From contig CM059433.1 of NCBI GenBank assembly GCA_030390025.1, positions 27,158,001 through 27,222,000 of the forward strand: DNA of 64,000 bases, in the 5' to 3' direction. The notes beneath the pieces are model-generated. The model was not told the origin of the DNA. It saw only the letters and a program-made list of their open reading frames with translations, and did not search any database. Source of the stretch: Squalus acanthias. Lineage: Eukaryota. The translations under genes and the position numbers were made by a program. This document shows, piece after piece, positions 12,721 through 26,744 of this stretch. The first letter of the stretch is position 1, and each line of letters starts with the position of its first letter.

Positions 12721-13719
12721 TTAAAACAACAAAATCTGGCCCATTATCTTTACCGACTAGGCCATTATGGGCAAGGCTTAAGAGTCTGAAGTGATCTTCC
12801 AGGCTTTCACTAAATACATTTCACCAGCTCTCAGCCAAACACCTAGACGGAGCACTACACAGTGGATTAAATATTTTTGATATCTACATTGCACTCTCTT
12901 TAACTCTCCCTTCATGAAAATAATATTTGTTAAATTAACACAGCTAGGTATTCTAATTGTTTTCCTACCGAATCCCCAACATTTGTCATTCTTCAAATTA
13001 ATTATAATCTTAAAGCTCAGCAACAGCATTTTATAGCTGTTGTAAATTTACTATAAGCAGATCAAGTTTTGGCTACTTCTCACTATGTAACCCTTTTTTA
13101 TAACAACCTAATACTCCTTTACAGTTGTGGTTACAGCTTTATGACTTACTTACTGCAGCCAATTGAAGTTGAAGAAAATGGAACTAAAAATGGGGAGAGA
13201 TAGAAAACGGGCTGTCTATTCGCTATCACCCGTTTTAAACTATCACACAAAGTAAAAATTAACCCCAACTAGAGATGATAGTAATATTATAATGTTGCAA
13301 TATTTGTCAGATAAGGAATAATTGCTGACTTCTGCTTCTCTTCCATGCCAAACAGCACATGAGGCAACCCATTTCTTACACTGCTTTACATCTGACAGAT
13401 GGTGCTCTGGGCTGTTTCCGTAACATAGTCCCTTTTTATAGGGACAGGTCGTTAGTCTGACTCACAACTCCCTATAAGATGGCTAGATGCAATGGGACAT
13501 CCCACTGGACGCGAGTACCTCCACTGGATGTCAACTCAGCTTTGGTCTGCTGATCGCCAGGGCTACAATGGGGGTGGGGGCACTCCGCTCCTATTGGACG
13601 CGAGTACCCCCGTTGGATTTCAACCCAGTACTCTTGTCTCTGCTCACCGTCTGGTTTTTGGGTCAAACCCATAGCCTTCTGACTCAGAAGCAGGACTGCT
13701 ATCACTGAGCTAAGGCTCA

Positions 13720-14620
13720 TCACAGATTTAATGGCAGGGCCTGATTTGCATGTGAGGCCTCGTATTCCCGCCTGCAGCCAGCCAGATTGAGAGGTGAGTA
13801 GGCCTGCAGATGCGAGGGGTCGGTCTGAGGGGGTTAGGGGGAGTCTACATTCGGCATCGGGGATCGCGGCAGGGGGGTCGGCATTTGGCATCGTGGGTCG
13901 ACATCGGGGATCGCGGTGGGGGGTCGGCATCGGGGTTCGTGGGGGGGTAGTCGATGGGGGGGGGGGGGGGGGTGTGGTCGGCCGGAGATCGGCAGAGGGG
14001 TGGTAGGCCGGAGATCGGCAGGGGGGTGGTCGGCCGGGGATCGGGGGGATGGAGAATCGGCATGCGGGGGGTCGGCTGGAGCATCAGTGGGGGGGAGAGT
14101 GGATCGGGGCTGGCCACCGGAGGATTGTGGCCGGCCTCAGCATCATTGGTGAGGGGGGAGGGGGGAGGAGGCCTCATGGTGGGGATCGGAGGCCTGGGAA
14201 GACAACTGGAGGCCTCGTGAGGGGCTCTCCCTTCGCGGGGGGTGGGTTAGGCAGGGACCCTGGATCCAGGAGCTAGATATAAAGCCACTTACCTCCTCGA
14301 TGCAGCAGTCCCCGCCTCGGTTTAACTGCCAGGTTTCACGGATTGTGTGAAACCCGTCCACAGGCAGTTAAATTCAAAATGGAGGGGGAAAAGAGGCTTC
14401 CAGCCTCATTACAATATTTAAATTAAGTTAACGCCCCCGGCAGCGGGTTGGCTGCCCGCCCCCGCCCACCCCCCATCCCACCTCCGGCAAAACCAGAAGT
14501 GGGTGGGTTAGAGGCGGGATCAGGTTGGGAATCCCATTTTAAAAAATTTAACTGCCCCCACGCTACAAACCCACCCGCTTTTTTAGGGGAAAATTCCGGC
14601 CAATGTGTTCACAATTTCAC
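13720..14620. mobile_element. GC-rich non-autonomous DNA-transposon-like element (related copy 30715-31265)
   Basis: Shared sequence gggttaggcagggac..tggatccaggag through aacccacccg in both copies. Confidence 0.55.
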
Positions 14621-14884
14621 CAGACATAACAGACAGGGAAAACCTTTCGCCATGGTGTTTGGTTCACAAATCATTTATTTAATTGCTGTTTGTGGGACCA
14701 TGCTGTGCACAAATTGGCTGCATGTTAACCTGCATAACAACAGTAACTACACTTCAAAAGTAATTCATTGGTCGTGCAGTGTTCAGTGACGTGTGAAAGG
14801 TGTTATATAAATGCAAGTTCTTTCTTTCTCTGTGATACAATAAATGGGGTATAGGGATAGAAACGAATTACAAACTTCACAAAC

Positions 14885-14938
14885 CTTTGTGCCAGGAATT
14901 CCAGGTAAGCCATTTTTTCCACTTCCACCTTGATGTCC
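14885..14938 (-). CDS. COL21A1: Collagen exon GHQGGSGKNGLPGIPGTK
   Basis: 54 bp, tag|...|gtttgt. Confidence 0.85.
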
Positions 14939-15031
14939 CTATGAAGTAAAATGTTTTTATTGCAATTGTATTACTGTGTACACTTTACGCTGATAAATTT
15001 CAGCATCAAACATTTGTTCATTTAAACTTAC

Positions 15032-15085
15032 AGGAGGTCCACGTAATCCAGGATAACCATGAGAACCTTTGTCACCTATTGCACC
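15032..15085 (-). CDS. COL21A1: Collagen exon GAIGDKGSHGYPGLRGPP
   Basis: 54 bp, aag|...|gtaagt. Confidence 0.85.
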
Positions 15086-15196
15086 CTTGAACAAAAAATG
15101 GTATTAAAATCAGTTTTAAATATTTAATTCTATATTTTTTGAAGCAATAGGTTAAAAGGTTTTATCTTAAAAAATGTTAAATGATTTCACATGTAC

Positions 15197-15250
15197 CTTT
15201 TTACCCTCGAAACCACGCAGGCCTGGTTCTCCTTTGAAACCTTTAGGACC
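15197..15250 (-). CDS. COL21A1: Collagen exon GPKGFKGEPGLRGFEGKK
   Basis: 54 bp, cag|...|gtac; ends GFxGKK as in recalled COL21A1. Confidence 0.85.
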
Positions 15251-16093
15251 CTGAAATGCAAATAAAATGTGTAGTATTCAACAAGAAATGTGTCTCATAA
15301 TAAAATAACAGTCCTCAACAATAACATTACAAGATCACTCGATAGGAGTTGTTCCTTTGCAGAGCATCATTAAATAGGCCTCTTCAGGTCTGCAGTTTAT
15401 ACTTTTATTGACAAAAGATTCTATTCCAGTCTGATTAAGTATGTAATTATATGTAGAATTCAAAGGACTTAAATGTTTTCAACTACAACAACAGGCCGTC
15501 ATTAATAAACAGAGTGCAGCTAATAAATATCCTGGAATGTTTATTGATGTCCAGAAGGCTTGTGTGTAATTATTTATTGGTAGTTAACACTGGCAGACAT
15601 TACAGCTACAGTAACTGAATACATTTGGAAAAAATACTCAATCTCCTTTGCATTACTGGCTAGGATGGGTGGGGGAGGGAAATCTGCCTCTAAGCAATAG
15701 ATTGTCTCTGAATGGTACCAACTTAAGTGGATCTGTATATTATGGTACTGTGTATCCACACCACTTGGAATTGTTGTTATTGCAGTAAGTTTTGATCTGT
15801 GGCAAGGTCTGAGGACAAGGGGGAGACCTGGCGCTTAGGCCCAAAAGGGTATTGTTACTGTAAACAGCTAAGATAATTCGCTGACAATTGTAGAAAGTGG
15901 ATTTCAGGATCAGCCTAAGAATCTAACTTGCAAGCATCAATTTCTGAAGCCAATAATTTTAGTTTTGCCTTAAACAAAATTACCCTCATGTTAATTCAGA
16001 CAAAGGAAAAGAGGCAAGAGAACTTACAAGTGATTTAGTTATGCTTCCATTGTTCAATATAGCTTTTTGTAACATTACAGTTATAAACATAAT

Positions 16094-16985
16094 GGGGGAA
16101 AAATTTAGTATCGCCCCGTTTGGGGCGCAATTATCGGCCGGGCGCAAAGATTAGCGCCTGGCGCTAATTATCGCCTCCGACTGCAAACTTGACTTTTATC
16201 GCCCCTGGAGGTGATTGGAGCACTAAATCAGGCGCTACACATCTGTCTTAAGGCGCAAAGGCCGAGGAGCGAGGCGCTAACTCAGAGCGCTGGCGAAGCT
16301 CATGTGATGTCAGTCAGCAATGGAACACAGACACAATGGCGCCGGCCAGTTCTTAAAGGGGAGGGTTGATCTTGCTTTCCATCCACATCCTGCTCATTGC
16401 AGCCTTGAATCTCGGCCTGGAGAAACCTGTACATAAAATCTGCTGGAAAGAACAATGGCGAAAACCAGGGAAAGAGCTCAGAGTGTAACCCCCACAGTCT
16501 CTTCTAAATCGATACAAGGAAGGGCAAATCAAAATGAACCTGCAAAGTGCTGCTCAGTACCCAAAACTCCTTCACACAGCGTTGAATCTCTCCAGAAGTC
16601 TCTCTCTCTCTCTATCAGAATGCGTGGTTCAAAAATGTCGCCAACAAAAAAAGGCAGGAAGCGGTCGCCTTTAAATAGCGCTCCCCGAGTCCCTTCCTGA
16701 CTGCAAAACGCTCCACTCAACCTGTCGTTGCTAGCGGCAGGCGGTAAGGCAGGGGGCGCCACTCAATATCCGCTCCGGAGCGCTACGGGGCGTTGCGCAC
16801 TCGACTGACGTCACGATCTGCCGGCGCAGGAGATCGTGGCGATACTGTTTAGCGCCACCGCAAAATGTCTAGTTAATTTCGCGAGCGGCGCAAACATCGC
16901 CGCGCCCGGGCGCTAGTTGCTTTGTGCCCCATTAGCGCCCTCTTAAGGCGCTAACGGGAGGCGCAACCAACTGAATTTTTCCCCC
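16094..16985 (+). mobile_element. Harbinger MITE, internal deletion derivative of the 59947+ family
   Basis: TIRs gggggaaaaatttagt / actgaatttttccccc; TSD AAT; left half colinear with 59947-60330, right half with 63570-64000. Confidence 0.92.
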
Positions 16986-17040
16986 AATAAGTTAGTGTCC
17001 TGCAATATGAAAGGATTAAGAAATCTTCTGCACTACTTAC

Positions 17041-17094
17041 CTTAGGGCCTTGTGGTCCAGATAGTCCTTGAAAACCTGGAACTCCTCGTTCACC
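17041..17094 (-). CDS. COL21A1: Collagen exon GERGVPGFQGLSGPQGPK
   Basis: 54 bp, cag|...|gtaagt, Gly every third codon. Confidence 0.85.
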
Positions 17095-17609
17095 CTGGCA
17101 CAATTAAAAGATGATTTGACAAATCAAACTTACTCATTTCAATTAAACTGCTCAATCAAAGTAAATTATTAATTTGCATTACTGTACAATTATAAATTAA
17201 TTCAGTTTTTAGTACACTTCAACTACTAATCTTTGTATATATGATTCTAGAAATAATTTACACGAGATGTTTGAAGCCCCCAACCTAAGTAACCAATATA
17301 TTCCTTAACAAAACTATTTTAATTATACTGAAATATTCAAAGATTTTAAAACCTGAATATAAATTCATTTTTAGTGTAAAATATCTATTATTACACTTGC
17401 TATCAAACAACTGCTCCACTGATTATATCATGAGTTGATTCTCAGTCATATTCCTTACATTATCCATTCAGCTCAGGATATTATTTTATGGAACACATCA
17501 TGCAACAATTTGGCAATATAGTTGATTTTGCAGATTCCGGATTCTGCATATTTTGGTGTAGGCTTTAATAAATGACTCAGTGGTAGAATTTATGAGGAGA
17601 GAATTCAGA

Positions 17610-18035
17610 TACTGGAACTATTTCCACTGGAACAAAGAAGGCCAAGAGGGAATTTATTGGATGTTTTTAAAATTCTGATGAGTTTTGATAACGTAAATAG
17701 GAAAATACTATTTTCTATACTGGTTGGAGAGACAGTAATGAGTGGGCATTAATTTAACATGGTCACTATGTAAGTGAATAGAGAGGTTAGGAGAAATTTC
17801 TTTATGTAGAGGCTTGTTGGGGCATGGCATGCTTTGACACAGGAAGTTGTTGAGTGATAGAGCACTGCACCTTTTTAAGGGAAAATTCGATAAATATTTG
17901 AAGCAGAGGAATATACAAGGCTATTGGGAAAAGGTGAGGCAGTGGGATTAGTTTTGCATTGCTCCAGCAAAGAGCCAACACAGACATGATGGGCCAAACA
18001 ACTTCCTTCTGTGTTGTAAACCTCTATGGTTCTAA
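17610..18035 (+). mobile_element. Old CR1 3' fragment
   Basis: Degenerate similarity to 3860-4260. Confidence 0.6.
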
Positions 18036-18474
18036 TTTAAATAAATGGTGCTAGCTCAAGATTAACTTTAAATTAAGGGTGCACAATGGATTTACTGCAT
18101 TAGTTAGGTCTGCATCAGCAAAGTTGTTTTATTCAGGATATCATTATTCATTATTCTTGTTTTAAATTAACTTTGAAAATCAACAGATTGTGGTAAAAAT
18201 AGAAAGGACACAAGATAGGTCAATACAAAAATAAAAGCGAGAAAGAAATCGAGAGGCTGAACTGGAATTTGTACAATTGTACTCTATGTAGGTGAATGGA
18301 TCTATTAAAATAGCAGGGAGAGGAATTTCATGTAAATGTGTCCCTAATGTAATGGGGGTGAATTCCCTCACATTAGCACATTAGCAATGTATTAGTGGTG
18401 AAGCAATGTTGGATGGAAGTCATTTCTACCACTTGTGTGCCTATAAATTGCTTTCCCCAAGTTCCCTCGCATTT

Positions 18475-21400
18475 TTTAATTCATTCACGGGATGAGGGCA
18501 TCACTGGCAAGACCAGCATTTATTGTCTATCCCTAACTGCCCTTGAGAAGGTGGTGGTGAGCCACCTTCTTGAATTGCTGCAGTCTGAGTGGTGAAGATA
18601 CTCCCACATTGCTGTTAGGGAGGGAGTTCCAGGATTTTGACCCAGCGACGATGAAGGAACAGCAATATAATTCCAAGTCAGGATGGTGTGTGACTTGGAG
18701 GGGAACTTGGAGGTGGTGGTGTTCCCATGCGCCTGCTGCCCTTGTCCTTCTAGGTGAAAGAGGTCGCGGGTTTGGGAGGTGCTGTCGAAGGAGCCTTGGC
18801 AAGTTGCTGCAGTGGATCTTGTAGATGGTATACACTGCAGCCACGGTGTGCCGGTGATGGAATGAGTGAATGTTTAAGGTGGTGGATGGGGTGCCAATCA
18901 AGCGAGCTGTTTTGTCCTGGATGGTGTTGAGCATCTTGAGTATTGTTGGAGCTGCACACATCCAGGCAAGTGGAGAGTATTCCATCACACTCCTGACCAA
19001 CGTTCCCTCGCGCAGACCGGTTCCGGCTTTTTCAGCCCCCCCACTCCTGACTTGTGCCTTGTAGATGGTGGAAAGGCTTTAGGGAGTCAGGAAGTGAGTC
19101 ATTTGCCGCAGAATATCCAGCTTCTGACCTGCTCTTGTAGCCACAGTATTTATGTAGCTGGTCCAGTTAAGTTTCTGGTCAATAGTGACCCCCAGGATGT
19201 TGGAGGATTCAACAATGGTAATGCCATTGAATGTAAAGGAGAGGTGGCTAGACTCTCTCTTGTTGGAGATAGGTATTGCCTGGCACTCGTGTAGTGTGAA
19301 TGTTACTTGCCACTTATCAGCCTAAGCCTGAATGTTGTCCAGGTCTTGCTGCATGCAGGCAGGAACTGCTTCATTATCTGAAGAGTTGTGAATGAAACTG
19401 AACACTGTGCAATAATCAGCTAACATCCCCACTTCTGAACTTATGATGGAGGGAAGGTCATTGATGAAGCAGCTGAAGCTGGTTGGGCCAAGGACACTGC
19501 CCTGAGGAACTCCTGCAGCAATGTCCTGGGGCTGAGATGATTGGCCTCCAACAACCACAACCATCTTCCTTTGTGCTAGGTATGACTCCAGCCTGTGGAG
19601 AGTTTTCAACCCTAATTATCACTGACTTCAATATTAATAGAGCTCCTTGATGCCACACTTGGTCAAATGCTGCCTTAATTTCAAGGGCAGTCACTCTCAA
19701 CTCACCTCTGGAATTCAGCTCTTTTGTCCATGTTTGGACCAAGGCTGTAATGAGGTCTGGAGCCGAAGGGTCCTGGCTGAACCCAAACTGAGCATCGGTG
19801 AGCAGGTTATTGGTGAGTAAGTGCCGCTTGATAGCATGCTCAACGACCCCTTCCATCACTTTGCTAATGATTGAGAGTAGATTGATGGGGCGGCAATTGG
19901 CTGGTTTGGATTTGTCCTGCTCTTTGTGGACAGGACATACCTGGACAATTTTCCAACTTGTCGGGTAGATGCCAGTGTTGTAGCTGTACTGGAATAGCTT
20001 GGCTAGAGGCGCGGCTAGTTCCGGAGCACAAATCTTCAGCACTGCAACCGGGATGTTGTCAGGGCCCATAGCCTTTGCTGTATCCAGTGCGCTCAGCTGT
20101 TCCTTGATATCACGTGGAGTGAATCGAATTGGCTGTAGACTGGCTTCTGTGATGGTGGGGACCTCAGGAGTAGGCCGAGATAAATCATCCACTTGGCACT
20201 TCTGGCTGAAAATGGTTGCAAACGCTTCAGCCCTGTCATTTGCACTCACGTGCTGGGCTCCGCAATCATTGAGGATGGGGATGTTCATGAAGACTCCTCC
20301 GCCCGTTAGTTGTTTCATTGTCCACCACCATTCACAACTGGATAAGGCAGGACTACAGAGCTTTGCTCTGATCTATTGGTTGTAGGATCGCTTAGCTCTG
20401 TCTATAGCATGCTGCTACTGCTGTTTAGCATGCATGTAGTCCTGTGTTCTAGCTTCACCAGATTGGCACTTAATTTTTAGGTACGCCCGGTGCTGGACCT
20501 GCATACTCTTCTATACTCCTCATTTAAGTAGGGTTGGTCTCCTGCCTTGATGGTAATGGTAGAGTGAGCAATATGCTGGGCTATGAGGTTGCAGATTGTG
20601 GTGGAATACAATTCTGCTGCTGCTGATGGCCCACAACGCCTGGTGGGTGCCCAGTTTTGAGCTGCTAGATCTGTTCTGAATCTATCCCATTTGGCACGGT
20701 GGTAGTACCACACAACACGATGGAGGGTGTCCTCAGTGTGAGGGTGGGACTTTGTCTCCACAAGGACTGTGCGATGGTCACTCCTACCAATACTGTCATG
20801 GACAGATGCATCTGCGACAGGTAGATTGGTGAGGACGAGGTCAAGTAAGTTATTCACTCAGGTTGGTTCTCTCACCACTTGCCGCAAGTCCAGGCTGGCA
20901 GCTATGTCCTTTAGGACTCAGCCAGCTCGGTCAGTAGTGGTGCTACCGAGCCACATTTGGTGATAGACATTGAAGTCCCCTACCTTTCCAAGTGGTGTTC
21001 AACTTCGATGAGTACTGATTCATCAGCTGAGGGAGGGCGGTAGGTGGTAATCAGCAGGAGGTTTCCTTGCCCATGTTTGATCTGATGCCATGAGACTTCA
21101 TGCTGTCCGGAGACAATGTTGAGGACTCCCAGGGCCACTCCCCCCGACTGTATACCACTGTGCTGCCACCTCTGGTGGGTCTGTCCTGCTGGTAGGACAG
21201 GACATACCCAGGAATGGTGTTGGAGGAGTTTGGGATATTGGCTGACAGGTATGATTCTGTGAGTATGACTATGTCAGGCTGTTGCTTGACTAGTCTGTGG
21301 GACACCTCTCCCAATTTTGGCACAAGCCCAGATGTTAGTGAGGAGGACTTTGCAGGGTTGACTGGGCTGGGTGTGCCTTTGTTGTGTTTGAATCCAATGC

Positions 21401-21595
21401 CTAGGTGGTCCACCCGGATTTATTCTTATTATACTTTGTCGTAGCGGTTTAGTACAACTTGCTTGCTAGGCCAATTCAGAGGACAGGTAAGAGTCAACCA
21501 CATTGCTGTGGGTCTGGAGCCACATATAGGCCAGACTGGATAAGGACAGCAGATTTCCTTCACTAAAGGACATTAGTGAACCAGATGTGTTTTTG
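18475..21595 (-). mobile_element. Near full-length degraded APE-RT LINE (CR1/Jockey group)
   Basis: PDIVILTESYL and LDLVLTN...SDH endonuclease motifs; RPINLLS, GVPQGSVLGP RT motifs; frameshifts. Confidence 0.9.
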
Positions 21596-22754
21596 AGCCT
21601 TCCTGTGAACCGCTGAGTACCACTAGTCTCATCTGCATATCTCAGAGTGAGAGCCTGTGGTGTAGCAGCTATGAGTTTCCACAGCTTGCACTGTTAATAC
21701 ACTGTGGGTAACTTAGACTGAGATTTATGAGATGCAGCAGCTGCCAGGGATTGTCTGGTATAAGTAAGGAGATTATAAGCTTGAGGAATCTGGTAACTTT
21801 AAACACTGATTTCTACAGCATAGAAATGCTTTTTAAAGTATTTTCTTGCCATTCTGCCAACACACAGTACTTGCTTCTCACAGGGTCATACCACCAGAAG
21901 ATTTTCGGATCCCCTCCCCCTCACCTCAGTATCTACCCACAATCAGGGGTTCTCAGGACCAGCTACAGCATATGTATGCCATTATGGAGGAGGAGGAAGA
22001 GCACCACAGTTTGGAGCAAAGGTGACTCAGGCAGAATTTACTGCAAGAGATAGCATAGCACATGCAATCACTGAAAGCTTCTCTTCTGTGAAACACAGTC
22101 TACCTTTGATACCACATCCTGACATCATTCTTGCCCAATTTCAAATAAAGGGACATTTCTTCAAACCACTACCCATCCGGCCACATGATAACACGTCAGC
22201 CCTCTTTGCCCCTAAATGACTGTGCCAGTCATCATCACCTAAGTGGAGACAACAGCACCACAAAGCTTCCCCACTTCTCTGTATGACTCTAAGCTCCATC
22301 AATAACAAAGTACCATGTCAGTGCACATTCTATTTTACTGTAGTAAATTCCAAAGTGCACACAAGCAACCTACTCTGTCTTAACAACATGTTCTCCTGGG
22401 TGCCTTTTTTAAAAAACATATTCTCGTGCTTCTTCTAGGTACCACCTTAGGGCCAGGATTGCAAGAGATGGTTCTCTGCTTATACTCTACTAAAGGCTCG
22501 TGGGATTGAAGCGTTCCTCATCTCATGGAAGCTGGTTCCTGACAGGGAAGTGCTACTGGCTGCATCTCTGGAGCTTGCTCATGGTCAGCCTGGTTTTGCC
22601 TCCCAAATTCCGCTGCCGTTGTGTTCTAAGGGGAAAAGCTGGAGGCCTAGAATGTGTTGCTTGTCCTCAAAGAGGGTGAGCGGTCTATGTGGAGGGAGAA
22701 GAGGGCACAACTAGAGCCTTTCCCATCATTGTGCTATTTAGATGCTTACCATGG

Positions 22755-23205
22755 TGTCAGTCATGGCTCATTGCGTAACACTCTCGCCTGAGTCATGGGT
22801 TCAAGTCCCACTCCAGAGACTTGGGCGCATAATCCAGGCTGACACTTCAGTGCAGTACTGCGTTGGGCTGTACTGTTGGAGGTGACGTCTTTCGGATGAG
22901 ATGTTAAACCGAGGCCCCGTCAGCCCTCTCAGCTGGATGTAAAAGATCCCACAGTACTATTTTGAAGAAGAGCAGATGAGTTTATCCCACTGTCCTAGCC
23001 CATATTTATCCCTCAACAAACATCACTAAAACAGATTACCTGGTCATTATCTCATTGCTATTTGCAGGAAACTTGCTATGCACAATTTGGCTGCCGTGTT
23101 TTCTACATAACAACAGTAACTGCACTTCAAAAATACTTAATTGGCTGTAAAGCACTTTGGGACATCTTGAGGTTGTGAAAGGCGCTATAGAAATGCAAGT
23201 TTTTT
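22755..23205 (+). mobile_element. tRNA-headed Deu-domain SINE with L2-like tail (SacSINE1-like)
   Basis: ggttcaag B-box; gtctttcggatgagatgttaaaccgaggcccc core; tail ggcgctatagaaatgcaag. Confidence 0.75.
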
Positions 23206-24139
23206 TTTCTTGTTCTTTCTTTACCCCAGAAGCTGCTGGGATTTGTGGAGACAACGGCGGTAAGCAGAGCAAAGGGGCAACATTTATTTGCGGTGGGTGG
23301 CAAAAGGGTGGGGGGCGGGAGAGAAATTAGAGGCCTTGGCAGGAACATGCTGGTAGGCCTCATCAACTGATATTCTCTCGTTTTCCTGCGCTATCTCGCA
23401 CCAAATCATGGAGAAAAATCCAGCTATGTTAACCAGGGACAATGGATTATAGTACAAATGTTATTCTGGATCAGGAACTCTATGAAATGGTGGTCAACTG
23501 TAACCAATTTGGCACGTTGAAATAATATGTTTGAATTAAAATGACATTACACTCTACTGATTCAGACATAATTAAAATATGCGTCAGATAAGAAAGCTGT
23601 TTATATCAGACATTTGTACGTAGATTTGATAGTAATTCAGTGAATTCTATCCCAAACCTTCAGCTGGGAAAAGCTAAACATGTCAGCTGAAAATGTAACT
23701 GGAAGTATCTTGGCATGTGGTATGAAAGGCACATTGAAAAGTTATGAATTCAATTACAGTGAACAAAGTTCAAGTAAATGTACTAATTATTACCATGTAA
23801 AATATGAAACATTTGCTGTACAATTTAGCAACTGCATGTATCTTTTTCAATGATTTCTGTGCAATGGTTACAATTCATTATATGATGTATATTTTTTTTC
23901 ACATTTCCTCATCAAACATTCTTGAAATGTTAAAGCCAACACCTGTTTGGCTAAACCATGGTCCAAATATTGAAGGTGGAACGGTAAAGATAGAACACTA
24001 TTTAACTCTCATAGGGAAACATTTTAAACACGAGTTAATCTTCTGTGACCTTGCTCATGAGGATACAAATTCATTGTGGCCTGTTTTAGCTGACGGGGCA
24101 CTTCCAGCAAGCACCCGAACCGGGAGACTCAAGGCTCGA

Positions 24140-26680
24140 CAGTAATTGGGCCTCAGACTTCATTGCAATGTTATTGGTGAGCTGCAGGCGTCTGTCACGT
24201 CTCCAGAGACAGCTCGCCGTGGGATCAACGTCGACCGGCTGCCTCGCCTCAGCATTGACTCCGGACCCCATGAAGTCATGAGCAAGAAAACCTTCTCTTC
24301 ATTACCACCTACCACCCTCCCTCAGCTGAGGAATCAGTACTCCTCCATGTTGAACACCAATCGGAGGAAGCACTGGGGGTTGCAAGGACACAGAATGTAC
24401 TCTGGATGCGAGACTTCAATGTCCATCACGAAGAGTGGCTCGGTAGTACCACCACTGACCAAGCTGACAGAGCCTTGAGGAACATAGCTACCAGATTGGG
24501 CTTGCAGCAAGTGGTGAGATATGCAACACGAGTGAATAACCTGCTTGGACCTCATCCTCACCAATCTACCTGTCACAGATGCATATGTCCATGGTGGTAT
24601 TGGTAAAAGTGATTATCGCAAAGTCCTTGTGGAGACCAAGTCCCATCTTCATACTGAGGACACCCTCTATCATGCCGTGTGGCACTACCACCATGCTAAG
24701 TGGAATTGGAACATAGGAAAAGCAGTAGGCCATTCAGCCGCTCAAGCCTGTTCCGCCATTCAATTGGATCATAGTTGATATGTATCTTAGCTCCATTTAC
24801 CCGCCTTGGTTCCATATCCCTTAATACCCTGGCATAACAAAAATCTATCAAGATAGGTTAAGAACAGATCTAGCAGCTCAAAGCTGAGCATCCATGAGGA
24901 GTTGTGCGCTAGCAGCAGCATCATCAAAATTGTATTCCACCACAATCTGCAACTTCATGCCTGCATATCCTTCACTTCTCCATTACCATCAAGTCAGTTG
25001 ACCAACCCTGGTTCAATGAGGAGTGTAGAAGAGCATGCCAGGAGCAGCACCAGGTGTACCTAAAAATGAGGTGCCAACCTGGGGAAGCTGCAACACAGGA
25101 CTATATGCATGCTAAAAAGCAGAAGCAGAATGCTATAGACAGGGCTCAGCGATCCCACAATCAACGGATCAGATCAAAGCTCTGCAGTCCTGCCACATCC
25201 AGTCGTGAATGGTGGTGGACCATTAACAACTAATGGGAGGAGGAGGCTCCATGAATATTCCATCCTCAATGATGGTGGAGTCCAGCACGTGAGTGCAAAA
25301 GACAAGGCTGAAGCGTTTGCAACCATCTTCAGCCAGAAGTGCCGAGTGGATGATACATATCAGCCTACTCCTGAGGTCCCCACCATCACAGAAGCCAGTC
25401 TTCAGCCAATTCGATTCACTCCACGTGATATCAAGAAACGGCTGAGCGCACTGGATGCAGCAAAGGCTATGAGCCCCGACAACATCCCGGCTATCGTGCT
25501 GAAGACTTGTGCTCCAGAACTAGCCGTGCCTGTAGCCAAGCTGTTCCAGTATAGCTCTAACACTGGCATCTATCCGACAATGTGGAAAACTGCCCAGGTA
25601 TGTCCTGTCCACAAAAAGCAGGACAGATCCAACCTGGCCAATTACCGCCCTATCAGTCTACTCTCAATCATCAGCAAAGTGATGGAAGTTGTCATCGACA
25701 GTGCTATCAAGCGGCACTTACTCACCAAAAACCTGCTCACTGATGCCCAGTTTGGGTTCCGCCAAGACCACTCGGCTCCCGACCTCATTACAGCCTTGGT
25801 CCAAACATGGATAAAGGAGCTGAATTCCAGAGGTGAGGTGAGAGTGACTGACCTTGACATCAAGGCAGCATTTGACCTAGTGTGGCATCAAGGAGCCCTA
25901 GTAAAACTGAAGTCAATGGCAATCGGGGAATAACGCTCCACTGGCTGGAGTCATACCTAGCACAAAGGAAAATGCTTGTGGTGGTTGAGGTCAATCATCA
26001 CAGCCCCAGAACATCACTGCAGGAGTTCCTCAGGGCAGTGTCCTAGGCCCAACCATCTTCAGCTGCTTCATCAATGACTTTCCCTCCAACATACGGTCAG
26101 AAATGGGGAGGTTCGCTGATGACTGCACAGTGTTCAGCACCATTCGCAACTCCTCAGATAATGAAGCAGTCCATGCCCGCATGCAACAAGATCTGGACGA
26201 TGTTCAGGCTTGGGCTGATAAGTGGCAGGTAACATTCGCGCCACAGAAGTGCCAGGCAATGACTATCTCCAACAAGCGAGTCTAACCACTTCTTCTTGAC
26301 ATTCAACAGCATTACCATCGCCGAATCCACCACCATCAACATCCTGTTGGTCTCCATTGACCAGAAACTTAACTGGACCAGCCACATAAATACTGTGGCA
26401 ACAAGAGCTGGTCAGAGGCTAGGTATTCTGTGGCCAGTGTCTCACCTCCTGACTCCCCAAAGCCTTTCCACCATCTACAAGGCATAAGTAAGGAGTGTGA
26501 TGGAATGCTCTCCACTTGCTTGGATGAGTGCAGCTCCAACAACACTCAAGAAGCTCGACACCATCCAGGACAAAGCAACCCGCTTGATTGGCACCCCATC
26601 CACCACCTTAAACATTCACTCCCTCCATCACTGGCCTACTGTGGCTGCAGTGTGTACCATCTACAAGATGCACTGCAGCA
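24140..26680 (+). mobile_element. Degraded APE-RT LINE, same family as 18475-21595; contains CR1 3' piece (24703-24850, minus)
   Basis: NYRPISLLSIISK, DIKAAFD, FADD motifs. Confidence 0.9.
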
Positions 26681-26744
26681 ATATCCGGATGTAGTGCTGA
26701 AGACCTGTGCTCCTGAACTCGCCAAACTCTTAGCCAAGCTGCTC

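Noticed and set aside
13472..14789. Cluster of Gly/Pro-rich ORFs that look collagen-like
   Set aside because: No Gly-X-Y periodicity; G-rich low complexity within a repeat also present at 30715-31265
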